Shown in pieces: positions 11,407 through 25,112 of a DNA stretch of 64,000 nucleotides. The notes below the pieces were generated by a model. The model made no database searches and had not been told where the DNA came from. It worked only from the letters and a program-made list of their open reading frames with translations. Source of the DNA: Nostoc sp. (lineage in GTDB: Bacteria; Cyanobacteriota; Cyanobacteriia; Cyanobacteriales; Nostocaceae); NCBI GenBank assembly GCA_036918135.1, contig JBALDB010000018.1, positions 32,001-96,000 of the forward strand, given 5' to 3'. A program made the translations under genes and the position numbers. The number at the start of each line of letters is the position of its first letter. Position 1 is the stretch's first letter.

Positions 11407-12045
11407 ATGAGTATCTTTTTTCACGAACAGCTTTACCGCAGCAATGCTGTGATGGCAAAGTTGAAAAACTATCCTGTAACAATTTGTGGGGCGGGGGCGT
11501 TAGGGGCTAATATTGCTGAGAATATGGCTCGGTCTGGTTTTGATAAACTGACAGTAATCGATTGCGATCGCATTGAGGAGCGTAATCTTTCCACCCAGCC
11601 TTACTACCGTTCCGATGTTGGAGCATTCAAAGCAAAAATATTGGCAAACAATTTATACCGAGCAATTGGTACTAAAGTTGATGCTAAAACCAAAGAATTG
11701 ACATCAGCAAATGTCAATCAACTACTCCAAGATAGTCAATTAATTATTGATGCTTTTGACAATAGCGTAGCACGTCAATTAGTAAAAGATTATGCCACTC
11801 AATTTAGCATTCCTTGTCTTCATGCTGGGCTAGCAGTTGATTATGCAGAGGTAATTTGGAATGATGTTTATCGCGTTCCTTCTGAGGTTAATGATGATGT
11901 TTGTGATTATCCTTTGGCACGAAACTTAGTAATATTAACCGTTGCTGTAGTATCGGAAGCGATTGTTTCATTTATTGCCACAACAGAACGGCGTAACTTC
12001 ACCATCACTTTGAAGGATTTGACTGTTCAACCTTTGTTTTTGTAG
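11407..12045 (+). CDS. ThiF/MoeB/E1-family adenylyltransferase
   Basis: ICGAGALG, DCDRIEERNLSTQ, KAK, IIDAFDN; candidate catalytic Cys in VCDY. Confidence 0.9.
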   Translation: MSIFFHEQLYRSNAVMAKLKNYPVTICGAGALGANIAENMARSGFDKLTVIDCDRIEERNLSTQPYYRSDVGAFKAKILANNLYRAIGTKVDAKTKELTSANVNQLLQDSQLIIDAFDNSVARQLVKDYATQFSIPCLHAGLAVDYAEVIWNDVYRVPSEVNDDVCDYPLARNLVILTVAVVSEAIVSFIATTERRNFTITLKDLTVQPLFL

Positions 12046-12127
12046 ATGGCGATCGCAGAATTTGTAATAAGCTGGAAAAGCTAAACCATTAACAGCGAAA
12101 ATGAGCAAATTATGAGCCTTAAAACCA

Positions 12128-12358
12128 GTGCCTAAGAAAATTAGAGAACTGAAGGCAATGGTAGCAAAAGTTGGATATATTCTTCAGCCAGGTCGAGGAA
12201 AAGGAAGTCATACGTATTGGAAACATCCGTTATTACCTGAAGAACCTCTGACTATTCCAGGTAAGGAGGGAGATGATGCTCCGCTATATTTGGAGAAGAA
12301 CATTCAACGGGTTCTCAAAAGGTTGGAAGAGTTTGAAAGCGATGAAGGTGAATCATAA
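12128..12358 (+). CDS. hicA: HicA-family toxin
   Basis: GKGSH motif, 76 aa. Confidence 0.85.
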   Translation: MPKKIRELKAMVAKVGYILQPGRGKGSHTYWKHPLLPEEPLTIPGKEGDDAPLYLEKNIQRVLKRLEEFESDEGES

Positions 12359-12589
12359 ATGAGTTATTACTACAGCATGGTGATTCAGTGGTCAGAGGAC
12401 GATCGACTATTCTTAGTGCATTTGCCAGAGTTCCCCTGGCAGGAGTTTCATACGCATGGCAAAACTTACGAAGAAGCTGCCAAAAATGGGCAGGAAGTAA
12501 TTGAGGCGTTTGTTGAGATGCTGCAAGAAGAGGGAAAACCACTACCAGAACCCAGAATGCTTCCTAGACGACCATTACAGGTTGCTTAG
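12359..12589 (+). CDS. hicB: HicB-family antitoxin
   Basis: IQWSEDD..LPEF..THGKTYEEAAKNGQEVIE..PLPEP; abuts hicA. Confidence 0.85.
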   Translation: MSYYYSMVIQWSEDDRLFLVHLPEFPWQEFHTHGKTYEEAAKNGQEVIEAFVEMLQEEGKPLPEPRMLPRRPLQVA

Positions 12590-12604
12590 TCAATCTGATT
12601 AATG

Positions 12605-13339
12605 CTAAAGCATTTTTTCTAAAAACTGCTTAGCGCGATCGCATTTAGGATTCTGGAAAAACTCACTCGGAGCTGTATCTTCTGCTAAAATTCCTTGGTC
12701 GAGGAACATAATTCGATTGGCAACTTCTCTGGCAAAACCCATTTCATGGGTAACAATCGCCATTGTCATACCAGATAAGGCTAAAGCTTTCATCACTTCC
12801 AGCACATCTTTGACCATTTCTGGATCTAAAGCAGAGGTGGGTTCATCGAACAAAATCATCTGTGGTTCCATTGCTAACGCGCGGGCGATCGCTACTCGCT
12901 GTTTTTGTCCCCCCGATAGTTTGGACGGGTAGACATGGGCTTTTGGCTCTAAACCTACTTTTGCCAGCAATTCTAAACCATGTTGCTGGGCTTTTTGCTG
13001 AGCTATTTTCTTCACCTTGATGGGCGCGTAGGTGACATTTTGCAGCACCGTCATGTGGGGAAACAAATTAAAATGTTGAAATACCATCACCAAATGCTGG
13101 CGAACTTTAGCAATGTTTGCTTTCGGATTAGTGATTTCTTGTTCTTGAAAATAGACTCTTCCTCTGGTGGGTTGTTCTAGCAAATTCATGCATCGCAAAA
13201 AGGTAGACTTACCGGAACCTGAAGGGCCTAATATGGCAACCACTTCACCCCGATTAATCTCAGTGGAAATATCTTTGAGTACGTCGAGTTGACCAAAGGA
13301 TTTACACAAAAATTCCGTGCGAATTATTGCATTACTCAC
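12605..13339 (-). CDS. Polar amino acid ABC transporter ATPase
   Basis: [26 protein letters not shown]. Confidence 0.95.
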   Translation of the reverse strand: MSNAIIRTEFLCKSFGQLDVLKDISTEINRGEVVAILGPSGSGKSTFLRCMNLLEQPTRGRVYFQEQEITNPKANIAKVRQHLVMVFQHFNLFPHMTVLQNVTYAPIKVKKIAQQKAQQHGLELLAKVGLEPKAHVYPSKLSGGQKQRVAIARALAMEPQMILFDEPTSALDPEMVKDVLEVMKALALSGMTMAIVTHEMGFAREVANRIMFLDQGILAEDTAPSEFFQNPKCDRAKQFLEKML

Positions 13340-14822
13340 TTTGCCGTAATCTCCTTTCTAAAGTAGATGCACCGAAGGTCAAACCCATGACCAAAACATA
13401 ATAAATTAATCCTGCAAACAGTAAGGGTTCAAAATAAATATATTTATTTGCACCAACGATTTGGGCACTGCGTAATATTTCTACCACACCAATTGTTGAC
13501 ACCAGGGCGGAATCTTTCAACAGTCCAATAGTTTCATTTACTAATGCTGGTAGAATGTTCTTCAATGCTTGGGGCAAAATCACATCCCACATCATCAACC
13601 AATAGGGAACACCCATAGACATCGCCGCTTCACTTTGCCCTTTATCTACTGCTTGAATCCCACCCCTGATGGTTTCCGACATATAAGCGCCAGAATTCAA
13701 GGTAAAAGTTAACACCCCTGCCTCCAATGCCGAAATCTTATAGCCTGTAAGCTGGGGTGTTGCGTAGTAAACCAACGCCAATTGTAACAGCAAGGGTGTG
13801 CCTCGAAAGATAGAAGTGTAAGCATTAGCAACCCACGTCAGCGGCTTAATCCCGATAATTTTAGATAGAGAGAGTATTGTTCCCCAGATTAAACCCAATG
13901 TTACGGATAATAGCGTAAACAACAAAGTTAAAGGGATGCCCCGCAGAATAAAGGGAATATCTGGAAATATTCTCCTGATGTCAAAATTTAATCCTTTTTT
14001 GGCAGGAGTTGAGGATGTAGTATCGGTGATAATATTCTCAGAAAACCACTTATTTACTAATTGATTTAATCTGCCATTCTCCTTCATTTGTTGCAAGACT
14101 TTGTTAAAAGGTTCGACAAAAGCAGAATTTTTGGGAAAAGCGATCGCCGATCCACTTGCTTCTTCTGAAGGGATAATATTAAATTCTAAATCTGGATTGG
14201 CTTGGGCAAATCCTTTAGCAACGGTATCCTCAACAATTGCCGCATCAATTCGCCCAGATTTAATTTCTTGAACTACTTCGGGAACTTTATTAAGTTGCTT
14301 TATTTGAATGCCTGTAACTTTTTGAGCAATTTTTTTCGCATTTTGCTCCTGTATAGTTCCTAGTTGTACCCCAACTTTTTTTCCCGATAAATCTTGTGGC
14401 TGCTTGAGATTGCTACCCTTAACAGCAACAATCGTATCTTTGGCTTCATAATAAATAATTGAAAAATCAACATTTTTCTGACGTTCTGGAGTTGGAGTCA
14501 TCCCCGCCATTACAAAGTCTGCTCGATTTGCTTGGAGTGCAGGAATTAAGCCATTAAAATCCGATTCCATAATTTGAAGTTTAAACCCTAGTTTTTGAGC
14601 AAGGGTTTTGGCAATATCTATATCAAAGCCAACAATTTGACTTTCACCTGTTTTAGTATCGTAAAATTCATAAGGCGGATAATCTGGTGAAGTAATCATC
14701 GTTAGCGTGTCTTTCCCTAAAGATGAAGCAGCTTTGAGAGACTCGCTATATCCTGTGATAATATTGATTGCTACTATTAGTGCAAAGAATATCGTTAATA
14801 GCCATACTCTTGTTTTTTTCAC
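13332..14822 (-). CDS. Amino acid ABC transporter, fused binding protein and permease
   Basis: DYPPYEF..GFDIDI binding domain; [17 protein letters not shown] permease. Confidence 0.92.
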   Translation of the reverse strand: MKKTRVWLLTIFFALIVAINIITGYSESLKAASSLGKDTLTMITSPDYPPYEFYDTKTGESQIVGFDIDIAKTLAQKLGFKLQIMESDFNGLIPALQANRADFVMAGMTPTPERQKNVDFSIIYYEAKDTIVAVKGSNLKQPQDLSGKKVGVQLGTIQEQNAKKIAQKVTGIQIKQLNKVPEVVQEIKSGRIDAAIVEDTVAKGFAQANPDLEFNIIPSEEASGSAIAFPKNSAFVEPFNKVLQQMKENGRLNQLVNKWFSENIITDTTSSTPAKKGLNFDIRRIFPDIPFILRGIPLTLLFTLLSVTLGLIWGTILSLSKIIGIKPLTWVANAYTSIFRGTPLLLQLALVYYATPQLTGYKISALEAGVLTFTLNSGAYMSETIRGGIQAVDKGQSEAAMSMGVPYWLMMWDVILPQALKNILPALVNETIGLLKDSALVSTIGVVEILRSAQIVGANKYIYFEPLLFAGLIYYVLVMGLTFGASTLERRLRQSE

Positions 14823-15015
14823 GGGCTTGAGAATTATTTAATGGATTTGACAATTATATAAATCCACTCTCATTTTGCCAGGATTCTAACAATTACGATT
14901 TCTGTACGACCTTAACGAAAAAATATCATAGAGACGTTGCATTGCAACGTCTCTACATCTGTTGGAATAGCTTAAGATAGCTGTATCTTCCCGTCTACAC
15001 ACATAGCCGAGTGAA

Positions 15016-15540
15016 CTACTCGCTTTCATTCATCCGTTGTACGCTCCAAAAATGTTCTGCAAATGCAACGGCGGGGTGAATTGGAGCTTTAGGCTTGGTT
15101 TTGAGTACCATAGATGCTTCATGAGGTAAGCGATCGCTCTTAGTTGAGTTACACTTCTCGCAGGCAGTTACAACGTTATCCCAACTATGCTGTCCACCTT
15201 TGGAACGAGGAATCACATGGTCAAGGGTTAAACGCTTACCGCTACCACAGTATTGACAAGTATGATTATCGCGCTTGAGTACTTCACGACGATTTACAGG
15301 AGGTACTTTCCAGTGTCGTTCTGGATTACCCGTTGTCAAACGAATGTGTTCCGGAACTTGTAGTACAATACTGGGCGAGCGGACTTCCCACTGCTTTGTA
15401 CTGCCAAAATTCAATGATTCTGCTTGACCAGTAACTAACAGTACTATTGCTCGTTTGATGTTGATACGTGCCAATGGTAAGTAGTTCTTGGAGAAGACTA
15501 CCACCGAATTTTGTAGTATGTGTGGCTGCTGAACTTGCAT
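15016..15540 (-). CDS. HNH endonuclease
   Basis: RDNHTCQYCG, LTLDHVIPRSKGG, NVVTACEKCNSTK; GAGGAG RBS before ATG 15540. Confidence 0.9.
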   Translation of the reverse strand: MQVQQPHILQNSVVVFSKNYLPLARINIKRAIVLLVTGQAESLNFGSTKQWEVRSPSIVLQVPEHIRLTTGNPERHWKVPPVNRREVLKRDNHTCQYCGSGKRLTLDHVIPRSKGGQHSWDNVVTACEKCNSTKSDRLPHEASMVLKTKPKAPIHPAVAFAEHFWSVQRMNESE

Positions 15541-15556
15541 GGATAAAGAGCTCCTC

Positions 15557-15598
15557 AAAAAAATAACCCCCACTTCTGGTTATCAGCAGCGGGGGTCA
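15557..15598 (-). terminator. Intrinsic terminator in the HNH leader (attenuator candidate)
   Basis: Minus strand TGACCCCCGCTGCTG-ATAAC-CAGAAGTGGGGGTTA-T7. Confidence 0.7.
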
Positions 15599-16159
15599 GG
15601 TAGTTGATACTTTTTGCCTGTTTATAGGTGCTATCAAACAGTTGCACCTCCCGCTGTGGATTATTCGATCCCAATTGACCACTAGAGCGATCGTGAAAAT
15701 ACTTTCACTTGCAGATTTAACCCCCAATAACCAATACGTCCTCTCAAACGCACGCGCACCAGGTGTTCTGCCTGTACCCTTGCTCGGTTGACAATGCATC
15801 ATGCTATTAATGGTTGAAGAGAATCTGGTTATCATCGAATTTCTGTAGTATTTGTAGTTTAAATTTATTGTATAATACAACTTGTAATATTAATTTGTCT
15901 AGTGCCAATATTTCTAGAGGATGACGACAGATAATCTGCCGAATATCCAAAGCTTGAACAGCATATTCTCTAATTATGACACTTTCACAGCCATTAGTTG
16001 CCCCAAATGAATTTTCTGTAAAGATATCAGCTCGAGTTTATCCAATTAATGAGGACGGTATTAACTGTACCGATGAATGGGACTATTGGTATTAAATTTA
16101 GTAACCTAGAAAAGTAGATGTTTATATTTCCAGATAGAGCCACTCGACTATCAGTCTAA

Positions 16160-18274
<2,115 letters not shown>

Positions 18275-18595
18275 GGTTTTGAGGCAGGGAGCAGGAGGCA
18301 GGAGGTAGAAACTTTTTATCTGTGATAAATCTGTCCTGGATTATGTACCTCACTTACTTGCAATCTGCTGTAATTCTTAAATCATAACTACCTTGGTGAT
18401 AAATCTCATTGAGTAATAGGTTTAAGTTGATAATTGATTCAGGTTCGGCAGTTCTTAGCGGCACTATAAATTCAGGAATCTCATCTGGCAAATTAAATCA
18501 CTAAAGTTGAGCCTTTGGACGATTTTCATAATGATTCGGTTGAGTACCGATTTTTTATCTACACTACTATCGAAAATGTCAAAAATCTATGATAT

Positions 18596-19927
18596 TTGAT
18601 TTATTCAGTTAGGAAATCAGCAGTGCTACCAAATAACCGTACTCCCGCAAACCAAAATCAACGCTGGAAATTTTTACAACTTTTTGGAATAGTAAGACGT
18701 AATCCTTTTTTGATTTCAAGGTGGATTTTACGCTGGATAGTATTGGGGACTGTTTGTGGTCTATTTGCTGGTTTGTACTGGAATGTTTTAGAAATAATAA
18801 CTCACCAGTTAGAAAGGTTTGAGGGTGTGAGTCTGCTAATAGTTATGCCAATAGCTGGATTAATTATTGGCTTGGTAATTCATTTTTTAGGCAATCCTGG
18901 GGAAATTGCTGTGATTGTCGATAATATCCATTTCCGTGGCGGACGTTTGGATACACGAAAAAATCCGGCGATGATTCTCACTTCTTTGGTTAGTATCGCT
19001 GCTGGGGGTAGTGCAGGGCCAGAAGCCCCATTAGTACAGGTTACAGGTTCTTTTGGTACATGGGTAGGCGATCGCCTTCGTCTGGAGGGCGAAGACTTGA
19101 GATCCACGACTTTAGCAGCAATGGCGGCTGGCTTTACCGCCTTGTTTGGCGCACCATTAGGTGGGGCGATGTTTGCTCTAGAAATTCTTCACCATCAGCA
19201 TGTCGTTGAATACTACGAAGCTTTAATGCCCGCCATTGTTTCTAGTTGCGCTAGTTATTTAGTATTTGCTTCCATTGCCCATTTAGGAATTGCCCCCACC
19301 TGGCATTTTCCTCAATACAGTTTACAGAACATCGATGATTTTGCTTTGGCTGTCGTGTTCGGAATCATCGGCGCTGTTGCAGGCTGGATTTTTATGTTTA
19401 TTTTTCGCGGCTGTGACAGACTGTTAGCCATGCTTCCTGGGCCTGTTTATGTTCGTACTACATTAGCAGGATTAGGCTTAGGTACTTTAGCAACCTTCTT
19501 ACCCCTAACGCGCTATTTCGGACATGAAGAATTAGAGTCAGTCCTAAATGCTAATTTTTCAGTTGTTTTTCTGTTAATTTTAGCTTTGGGTAAGATGGCA
19601 TCTATCAGCATTACAGTTACCGGTGGGTGGCGGGGTGGTTTCATTATTCCCTTATTTTTTATCGGTGCTTGTATTGGTAAAGCAGTCGCAATTTTAATTC
19701 CGGGGCTGAATCCTGCACTAGCTATGATTTGTACAATGGCAGCTATCAATGCAGCAGTGACACGCACACCCATAAGTACGACTTTGTTGTTAGCAAAATT
19801 AGCTAATTTTAGTCCGATTACGCCAATTCTTTTTGCTAGTTTGATTGGATTTTTTCTCGCACCAAAAGTCCCCTTTATAGCTTCTCAACTTAAATCGGAG
19901 CAATCTCTTGAAGAGATACAAAGTTAA
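18596..19927 (+). CDS. ClC chloride channel family protein (start possibly GTG 18623)
   Basis: GSAGPEAP, GGFIIP motifs. Confidence 0.9.
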   Translation: MIYSVRKSAVLPNNRTPANQNQRWKFLQLFGIVRRNPFLISRWILRWIVLGTVCGLFAGLYWNVLEIITHQLERFEGVSLLIVMPIAGLIIGLVIHFLGNPGEIAVIVDNIHFRGGRLDTRKNPAMILTSLVSIAAGGSAGPEAPLVQVTGSFGTWVGDRLRLEGEDLRSTTLAAMAAGFTALFGAPLGGAMFALEILHHQHVVEYYEALMPAIVSSCASYLVFASIAHLGIAPTWHFPQYSLQNIDDFALAVVFGIIGAVAGWIFMFIFRGCDRLLAMLPGPVYVRTTLAGLGLGTLATFLPLTRYFGHEELESVLNANFSVVFLLILALGKMASISITVTGGWRGGFIIPLFFIGACIGKAVAILIPGLNPALAMICTMAAINAAVTRTPISTTLLLAKLANFSPITPILFASLIGFFLAPKVPFIASQLKSEQSLEEIQS

Positions 19928-19947
19928 AAAACTTTATCAAAAAATAT

Positions 19948-20128
19948 ATTTACGTTAATTCCGATTTAAGGCGATCGGTAAAGTATTAAATAGAATGTTC
20001 GGAACACATTTTACTGTTTCCATTAGTTCCAATTTAAAGCAATCGGTAAAGAATCGCTATCGTAGTCTACTAACAACCACGCGTGTGGGAGTGTTTCCAT
20101 TAATTCCGATTTAAAGCAATCGGTAAAG
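19948..20128 (-). CRISPR. Orphan mini CRISPR array, 3 repeats and 2 spacers
   Basis: 36-bp repeat GTTTCCATTAATTCCGATTTAAAGCAATCGGTAAAG at 20093, 20016 (2 changes) and 19948 (degenerate); spacers 32 and 41 bp; leader-like region to the right. Confidence 0.8.
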
Positions 20129-20416
20129 AGTTCATTCAGGAGCCTTTGCCCCATAAGGCTTTCAGCCACCAAATCGACACACCTCTGAAAAAGATTATAT
20201 ATCTTGTGCAAAATTAAGTAAAATACATACCTCAAACCCTTGTCCTGTAAGGCATCAACACACCTCAATGAAGAATATAGGGTTTTGGGGATTCGATGAG
20301 GTGTGTAGATGAAAATCAGAAGAAGATTTTACCGATAGAGTTGGGTAAATTTTGGTATTTTTGGTAGTATTCTACGTAGCATCAATTTTACGAAAAAACT
20401 CTCAAGTGCCTTTTTC

Positions 20417-21211
20417 ATGAAAAGAAGACAATTTCTTGGCTTCCTTGGTATAGCAGTTGCTGGATTACTCCTAGCAATTGGTTTACCGTTAGTTACTCCT
20501 TCTCCTGTAATTGCCCAGTCAAACAACATACTTGTGTCAGCCGCCGCTAGCTTAAAAGATGCGATGGAAGAAATTAAGCCTCTGTACCAACAAAGTAAAT
20601 CAGATGTAAATATTACTTATAATTTTGGGGCTTCTGGTGCTTTGCAGCAACAGATTGAGCAAGGTGCGCCAGCAGATGTTTTTATTTCGGCTGGTAAAAA
20701 ACAAGTCGATGCTTTAGAACAAAAAGGACTGCTTTTACCAGGCACTCGTACTAATCTAGCAAATAACCGTCTGGTTTTGATAGTACCTAACAATGTTGTG
20801 GGTATTAGTAGCTTCTACAATTTAACAGATAGCAAGATTAAGAAAGTTGCGATGGGTGAACCCAGGAGTGTACCTGCAGGGCAATATGGGGAGCAAGTCT
20901 TAAAGAAATTGAATCTTTACGATCGCCTCAAACCAAAATTAGTGTTTGCTAATAATGTGCGTCAAGTCTTAGCAGCAGTAGAAACTGGTAATGCTGATGC
21001 TGGTCTAGTTTATGCTACTGATGCCAAAATCTCCAATAAAGTAAAAGTTGTAGTTGCTGCTGATGATAAATTTCACTCACCGATAGTCTATCCGATGGCT
21101 GTCCTCAAAAGCAGTAAAAATCCTGCTGCTGCTAAGGAGTTTGTCCAGTTTTTATCTGGCGCTCAAGCTAAAGATATACTCAAAAAATATGGGTTTCTTG
21201 TGTCTAAATAG
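20417..21211 (+). CDS. modA: Molybdate ABC transporter binding protein
   Basis: VSAAASL, FGASGAL, GAPADVF, VPAGQY. Confidence 0.93.
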   Translation: MKRRQFLGFLGIAVAGLLLAIGLPLVTPSPVIAQSNNILVSAAASLKDAMEEIKPLYQQSKSDVNITYNFGASGALQQQIEQGAPADVFISAGKKQVDALEQKGLLLPGTRTNLANNRLVLIVPNNVVGISSFYNLTDSKIKKVAMGEPRSVPAGQYGEQVLKKLNLYDRLKPKLVFANNVRQVLAAVETGNADAGLVYATDAKISNKVKVVVAADDKFHSPIVYPMAVLKSSKNPAAAKEFVQFLSGAQAKDILKKYGFLVSK

Positions 21212-21233
21212 CTAGCAGCTTGTTGGATAAATC

Positions 21234-21358
21234 TTAGTGGTTCATCACAAAAATTTTGATAAGTTTGTAGTCAGCACTTTAGTGCTTAAATACTTCCCAA
21301 CATAAAGTTCTCACTAGAAACGCATTTAACTTACAAAATCAATGAGATGAACCACTAA
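21234..21358. mobile_element. MITE-like element
   Basis: Terminal inverted repeats TTAGTGGTTCATC/GATGAACCACTAA. Confidence 0.5.
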
Positions 21359-21657
21359 TACCGCAGTGAAGTCATGTATTCAAAAGTCAAAAAGCTTATG
21401 TTGTCAGCTTTTCCCTGATTGTGAATGGTATCTCTATTTACACGATGCTGTAATACTGGCGCTACTCATAATTCGTAATTCCACAATCAATTTTAAAATT
21501 GCTATTAATACCTTTGCCAAATCAAAAAATATTTTGATTCAGAGGTTGGGTTCAGCAAAGCGAAACCTAATGTATAAAAACATGGCAAAATATTCTAATA
21601 TCAGAACTAATTGTTAACCTAAGCTATAAAAGTGAATTTCTAACTTAGGCTAATTAT

Positions 21658-22215
21658 TTAAGAAGCTGTAGACTGCAATTTTTCTAATCGTGCTAGTACT
21701 TCTGAACTATGAATGTTTGGGTTAACTTTGACAAAAGTCTCGCGCAAGATGCCTTGAGGATCGATGATAAAACTGTGGCGCATAGATAAGAAACTGAGCC
21801 ACGAACCGTAAGCTTTACTTACTAAACCATCAGTGTCAGCCAATAGCGGGTATTTTAGTCCCTCTGAATCACAAAATTTAGCGTGGGAATCAATGTCATC
21901 AGCACTGACACCGAGAATTTGCGTCTTTTTTTGGAGATACTGGGGTAAATCTTCTTGAAAACGACGAGCTTCTATAGTGCAACCAGAGGTAAAGTCTTTA
22001 GGATAAAAGTACAAAACTACCCACTTACCGCGAAAGTTAGAGAGGGAGATTTTGCCATCACCAGTGTTAGTTGGCAAAGTAAACTCCGGTGCAGGTTGAT
22101 TAATTGCAGGAAGTTTACCACCAAGAGCATCAGCAGCAGGGGTAAAATTTAGCCAACTAATAATAGAAATACAGCTGGCAAATAATATACACAAAAAAGT
22201 GCGACGGGAAATCAT
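21658..22215 (-). CDS. Peroxiredoxin Q/BCP with signal peptide
   Basis: YFYPKDFTSGCTIEA. Confidence 0.93.
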   Translation of the reverse strand: MISRRTFLCILFASCISIISWLNFTPAADALGGKLPAINQPAPEFTLPTNTGDGKISLSNFRGKWVVLYFYPKDFTSGCTIEARRFQEDLPQYLQKKTQILGVSADDIDSHAKFCDSEGLKYPLLADTDGLVSKAYGSWLSFLSMRHSFIIDPQGILRETFVKVNPNIHSSEVLARLEKLQSTAS

Positions 22216-22272
22216 GGTACAAACCAAAATCACAACTTTACACAAGTTTACAATTTTTAGTTAATACTAATC

Positions 22273-22515
22273 TTATTCTGACTCAGATTGGGGAGGAATA
22301 TCTGTGCTTTCGATGTATTGGCTATCTAGGAGAAAGGCTCCTCTTGTGAAGCGAATACCCCAATATCCACCGGGTCTACGGTCAATAACTATACCTTCTT
22401 CACCAATGTGAATCACATCGGGAGGACGTAGCATGGGCATAGGTTCAGCAGTTTTGACGTAGGGTGGTAATGCTACAACACGGACTTTACTACCAATAGC
22501 AAATTCTTTAGACAT
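22273..22515 (-). CDS. sipA: NblS-interacting protein SipA
   Basis: PPYVKTAEPMPMLRPPD..RRPGGYW. Confidence 0.8.
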   Translation of the reverse strand: MSKEFAIGSKVRVVALPPYVKTAEPMPMLRPPDVIHIGEEGIVIDRRPGGYWGIRFTRGAFLLDSQYIESTDIPPQSESE

Positions 22516-22969
22516 CTTGTTTGTATTTTGCAAATAATTTTTGGAAATGATATATATAGAGCATTACGGTTAATTTTAAGCCGTCTTTGATTTAGATTTG
22601 ACCAATGAACTAGTACTTCATCTGACTAAAATCTAAAAAAATTTCATTAGTAATAACAAAAAGACCAGCCTCCCACAGCTGGCCTAAAAGATATTTTTTT
22701 GCGTTGTCTTCTCAAGAGAGTTAAAACCCAATTGCGCGTTCCTAAAATGCAACGGGCAACTTTTCTTAACAATATTGTAACAGCCAACACAGATTTTTCA
22801 GAAATTTTCATCAAAAAAAGATATAGACAAAACTTAAAAGCCTCTATCTATAAGGAGAATTCGGTACGACGCAGGGTAGAAATAGGGAGTAGGGAGCCAG
22901 TGCGTTGGACGGGTTCCCGGCTTGGAGCAACTAGCGTTCAATACTCAACACTCTCTATTTACCCAATGA

Positions 22970-24697
22970 CTAATGACTAATGACTAATTGTGGTTTTCCC
23001 CAAAGGATGGTCTCTTGCTTATAAATGGCAATTCCTGGTTTTGCTCCTTTGGGTTTGTAGACGTGTTTTAGCTGAGTGTATACTACTGGCACTTGGTCAC
23101 TCTGACGGGCGCGACTGTAGTAAGCAGCAAGATTAGCTACAAATTGTAAATCAGCTTCTTCTGCAACAGCACCGGGTTCAAGACGTAGTAGCACATGGCT
23201 ACCTGGAATTTCTTGAGCGTGAAACCATAGGTCATAATCCCCAGCTACACGAAAAGTCAATTGGTCATTTTGGCGATTGTTACGACCGATCAAAACTTCA
23301 AAGCCACTAGGAGTAAGGTAATGATAAAAGTTACTTGTAGAGGCTTCATTGTTGGTGCGATCGCGGTATTCTGGATCTTCGAGATACTTTTGCCCAATCA
23401 GTTCTTCGCGGATTTCTTCTAAAGCTTGCAAATCTTGTGCTGTTTGGTAGTTGTCTATTTGGTCGATCGCAGCTTGTACTTGTTCCAAATAGTCTATTTC
23501 TGTCTGCGCTTCTAAAAGTAGCGGTTCTACAGCAGAACGAGCGCGTTTGAGTTTTTGGTGCTGTTTGTAAAGACTTTGGGCATTTTGGACGGCGTTTTTA
23601 TCTGGTTGGAGAGCGATCGCTATTGGCTGATTAGTCTCAAAATCTGGGATAATTATTTCTTTCATCCCTGGTTCCCAGTTTTGCAGGTGAGCCATTAATA
23701 AATCTGCTTTTTGCCGATACTCATCAGCTCGATCTGATTGCTGCAAGCGTGTCTTAAAAGTTTGAGCTTTATTGTGTAATTTCCCCAAAATATTATTTAA
23801 TTTCTGACTCAACTGATGGCGCAATTGAGAAAATAACTGTTGATTGAGTTGGTCAGTGTAGTAACGGTTGAGTAATTCTTGAATGTCTTTAACGCTTTCC
23901 ACTCCACCCCAACCCATTACTGTATAGCCGTCTTTTGTCCAAGCGGGTTGAAATTTCCCAGAATCCAAGGTTTGCAGCCATTCTTGCCAATGCTCAAACA
24001 ATCTTTGCCAATCCTCTGGTTTGAGTGTATCGGTGGATGTTTCTGGTAGAATATTTGCTGCTAAGAGCATTGATTCTAACAATGCTGCACTCAAACCACT
24101 ATAACTTTTGAGTAATTGCCGCTTGATTGCTCCTGGTACTAAGCTTACGCGTTCTTGCCAGCGTTGTTGAGATTCGCTCAAATTGGGGATAGTCCCAATA
24201 AGTTTTGGTGGTGTTTCGTAAGGTTGTCCGGTTTGGATAGGACGGACACTAGATTGTTGCTGACTGACTTGATGGGCAGCAGTAATAATTATATTGCTAG
24301 CGTCAGTGAGAATGACGTTGCTATACTTGCCCATAATTTCTGCATAGACATGATATAGGGCGTTTTCTCCGGGACGCCGAGCAAATTGTAAATCAATAAC
24401 CCGTTCCCAAGGAGCGATCGCTTCAATTGCTACTAAAGCCAAACCAGCCAATTGGTGTATCAGTTGTTGGCTAAAAGTGAAGGTATCGGGAATTCGCGGT
24501 GGCGGATCGGTGATGCAAATATGTGCAGCTTGAGGATGCCAAGAAATCTCTAGCCAACCCCGTTGTTTCAAGGTGCGTAATGCTATGGCAATAGTGTAGC
24601 GATCGCGCTGATAAACTTGCTCTAAGCGTGATGGTAGCCAGCTTGCACGAATTTCGCTACAAGCAGCTGTGAGAGTGGTAAAGTCAACTGGTTGCAA
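22970..24697 (-). CDS. NFACT (RqcH/FbpA) family protein
   Basis: EIMGKYSN, GRNNRQND, WFHAQEIPGSH, KPKGAKPG. Confidence 0.93.
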   Translation of the reverse strand: MQPVDFTTLTAACSEIRASWLPSRLEQVYQRDRYTIAIALRTLKQRGWLEISWHPQAAHICITDPPPRIPDTFTFSQQLIHQLAGLALVAIEAIAPWERVIDLQFARRPGENALYHVYAEIMGKYSNVILTDASNIIITAAHQVSQQQSSVRPIQTGQPYETPPKLIGTIPNLSESQQRWQERVSLVPGAIKRQLLKSYSGLSAALLESMLLAANILPETSTDTLKPEDWQRLFEHWQEWLQTLDSGKFQPAWTKDGYTVMGWGGVESVKDIQELLNRYYTDQLNQQLFSQLRHQLSQKLNNILGKLHNKAQTFKTRLQQSDRADEYRQKADLLMAHLQNWEPGMKEIIIPDFETNQPIAIALQPDKNAVQNAQSLYKQHQKLKRARSAVEPLLLEAQTEIDYLEQVQAAIDQIDNYQTAQDLQALEEIREELIGQKYLEDPEYRDRTNNEASTSNFYHYLTPSGFEVLIGRNNRQNDQLTFRVAGDYDLWFHAQEIPGSHVLLRLEPGAVAEEADLQFVANLAAYYSRARQSDQVPVVYTQLKHVYKPKGAKPGIAIYKQETILWGKPQLVISH

Positions 24698-25112
24698 AGC
24701 GATTAGTTATTAACATTCAAATGGTAGCGATCGCTATGCTTTTATTTTCGTTTAGTCAAAGCATAGCACACCTCAACTATCATAGCGGTTTTAGCAGTCC
24801 TAAATGATTTGTGAAATAATTTTCTCGAGTCAAGATTGGTTATTTGTCATTAGTCCTTTGTTATTTAAAATAACTAAGGACAACAAAAATATTTTTCATT
24901 TTCTCGTTCAGAATTTCTATATTAAGGTTAATTTGTCAATTAATTTATAAATATAACGGTGTGGAAAAACAAAACTATGTTAATAAAAATAAAATAGGCT
25001 TAAACCTTCTTTCTCCAGCAATAGCTGCCGACGCTTGCAGACTCGCTAACGCTGCACTATCCTGCCTCATCCCAACAATAAATATTCACACCGACCTACT
25101 TATGCAAATGTA

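Noticed and set aside
15016..15880. IscB/HEARO (OMEGA) element
   Set aside because: Protein is only about 174 aa with no PLMP or RuvC motifs
20417..21211. modA without modBC as an anomaly
   Set aside because: Split mod genes are not unusual and partners may lie outside the window
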